A stretch of 64,000 nucleotides of DNA from Octopus sinensis. Taxonomy: Eukaryota. The position numbers were made by a program, and so were the translations under genes. The notes beneath the pieces are model-generated. The model had not been told where the DNA came from. It made no database searches and saw nothing but the letters and a program-made list of their open reading frames with translations. The first letter of the stretch is position 1; each line of letters starts with the position of its first letter. The DNA is taken from contig NC_042999.1 in the NCBI RefSeq assembly GCF_006345805.1, positions 125,426,001-125,490,000 of the forward strand, given 5' to 3'. Positions 62,316-64,000 of the stretch are shown piece after piece.

Positions 62316-63896
62316 GTAAGTAAAAAAGAATTGGTGTTATTTTATATACTCGCAGATAGGTCGCACCCTTAGTTTTGGGTTATCAAAATAGGTATTTGCA
62401 GTTAACTCACAAATAGGTCACACTATAATCTGGGGAGTTACGTGGCTTTTTTTAATGTAAATATAACTAATATTTGTTAAATATTATCAAATATTTACCT
62501 TTATTTCAAAACTTTGCTCACAAATATTAAAACATGTTTACAGAGGTGACTTTATGAAAGTCTAATCAACTCAAAAAAAAAAAAAAATCTAAGTACCAAC
62601 TTGACAAGAAAATGTCTACTTCAGATCCCTGTGATGTCAAGTGGATGGGTCACACCCCTGATTTTTATCAAAATATTTGGTTAAAAAAGTGCAACCCATT
62701 CAAAAGTATATGCAGTATATAGAAGTAATTCAGCCTTTTAAAAACATCAAAATGAACCAAAAGGAAAATGTGTTAGAGAGATAAACATGTTAATATAACA
62801 GTGAACATCTGATCCTCTCTGTGGACCCTTAAATTGCTATATATTGCAGCCAAATCTCTTAATTCAGCCCCTATTGTCTTGTTCTACAATTTTTTTTTAT
62901 GGCTTGGTCTGAAATAAATTGCGCTGTCCATGACTTTCTCAGGCCTTTTGTTAGCTGAGTGGGTATGATTTATGTTAAACAATTATTCATTAATCGGCAT
63001 CTACGGGGAACGGTCGTGATGGAAGGGAATTCCAGAGGGGGACATAGGTGGAGTGTAACAACAATACTGGTAATGATAGTAATTATAATGATTAATTTTC
63101 ATAAAGAAGAGTATAGCTGATTATTTGATTAAATCACAGTTTCTTTTTATCTTGGTGGAGGGCTTGCATTGTTCAGTGTCTATGGTCACAATGTCAAGAG
63201 GAACCAGGCTGACCACAAACAGCCCCATTTCAACATCATATGCTGCAGCAATGAATTCTCAATCTTCTCATGCTACAACAAACAATACATGTATACAAGC
63301 TTCAAGTGATTACTTCTTGAGAGAGAGTGCTGCTTGCTTTCCTCTTATCCACATTTTGTGAAATACCAGAACTTGTAATTTGAAACCAGCTGTTGTTGCT
63401 TTGAGACTGACTTTTGTCATCCATAAGTAAACATAGCATCATCAGTTAAATGCAATAACTTCAGTTTAAAATGGATCATTGACAATTTTTTTTTTTTTTT
63501 GCACCTAAATATCTTCAATTTTATTTACTCTGAGGTTATTTTAATTTATATTTAAAAAATGGTGTAGTATCATCTCTCCACATTATATATTCAGACTTAA
63601 ACAGCTATCTCTTGCATGCTGATATCTTTGATGTTGAGTCACTTTCTCAACTCATTAATTTTTCTTGTGAGTGAATATTGCACACATATGTCATAATCAG
63701 CTCATTCCCTTCAATTAAAGTAAGTTTAATACTACACATAACACTTCTTATTTTGGCCTCTTATTATTTGTTTTGTCGACAAGTAGCAATAGTTTTGTTA
63801 TCAACAAAGATAGCAGTTTTCTAAATTTCTCTATTTCCTTTCATAACTAGAATGCCATCAGATTGTCTATGCTATCAATCTGGTATTGTTTGGTTC

Positions 63897-64000
63897 TCTC
63901 TTTTACTTGTTTCAGTCATTTGACTGCGGCCATGCTGGAGCACCGCCTTTAGTCGAGCAAATCGACCCCGGGACTTATTCTTTGTAAGGCCAGTACTTAT
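63897..64000 (-). mobile_element. SINE-A 3' end, cut by the window edge
   Basis: Near-identical reverse complement of 38965-39070. Confidence 0.8.

Noticed and set aside
62335-62725. Pogo/Tigger-like MITE
   Set aside because: Only faint terminal similarity. Too degenerate to support boundaries without a library search.
63125-63361. 78-aa ORF as the next CENP-L exon
   Set aside because: No resemblance to the expected CENP-L C-terminus (F..HF...L..T...G.IK). The remaining exons probably lie beyond the window.

Overview
AT-rich animal genomic DNA with spliceosomal introns and dense repeats. The SINE and RTE families point to a coleoid cephalopod, probably Octopus (inference). Three genes can be assembled by hand from GT-AG exons. 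(1) The last four exons of ILKAP, a PP2C phosphatase (+, 83-3504). (2) A complete CTDP1/FCP1 RNA polymerase II CTD phosphatase (-, 12731-34970, 6 coding exons, 917 aa). (3) Eight coding exons of a divergent CENP-L that the ORF track almost entirely misses (+, 47631-62315, runs off the window end). Between and inside these genes lie RTE and CR1 LINE fragments, a Gypsy pol relic, a putative solo LTR, several Tc1/mariner families, Helitron, hAT and piggyBac-type MITEs, three tRNA-headed SINE families and many microsatellites. The most striking observation is a tRNA-headed SINE-like element carrying a minimal type I hammerhead ribozyme motif. It occurs at two loci, each time as an inverted structure with a 29-35 nt tail and a 13-bp target-site duplication, which is a Penelope-like signature. 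A second, unrelated hammerhead-like repeat is at 45.8 kb. No single copy has a fully intact ribozyme, so the fold is reconstructed from three copies. There is also a candidate alternative splice that would remove the TFIIF-binding C-terminus of FCP1. Exon boundaries were indexed by eye, and TE boundaries are approximate.
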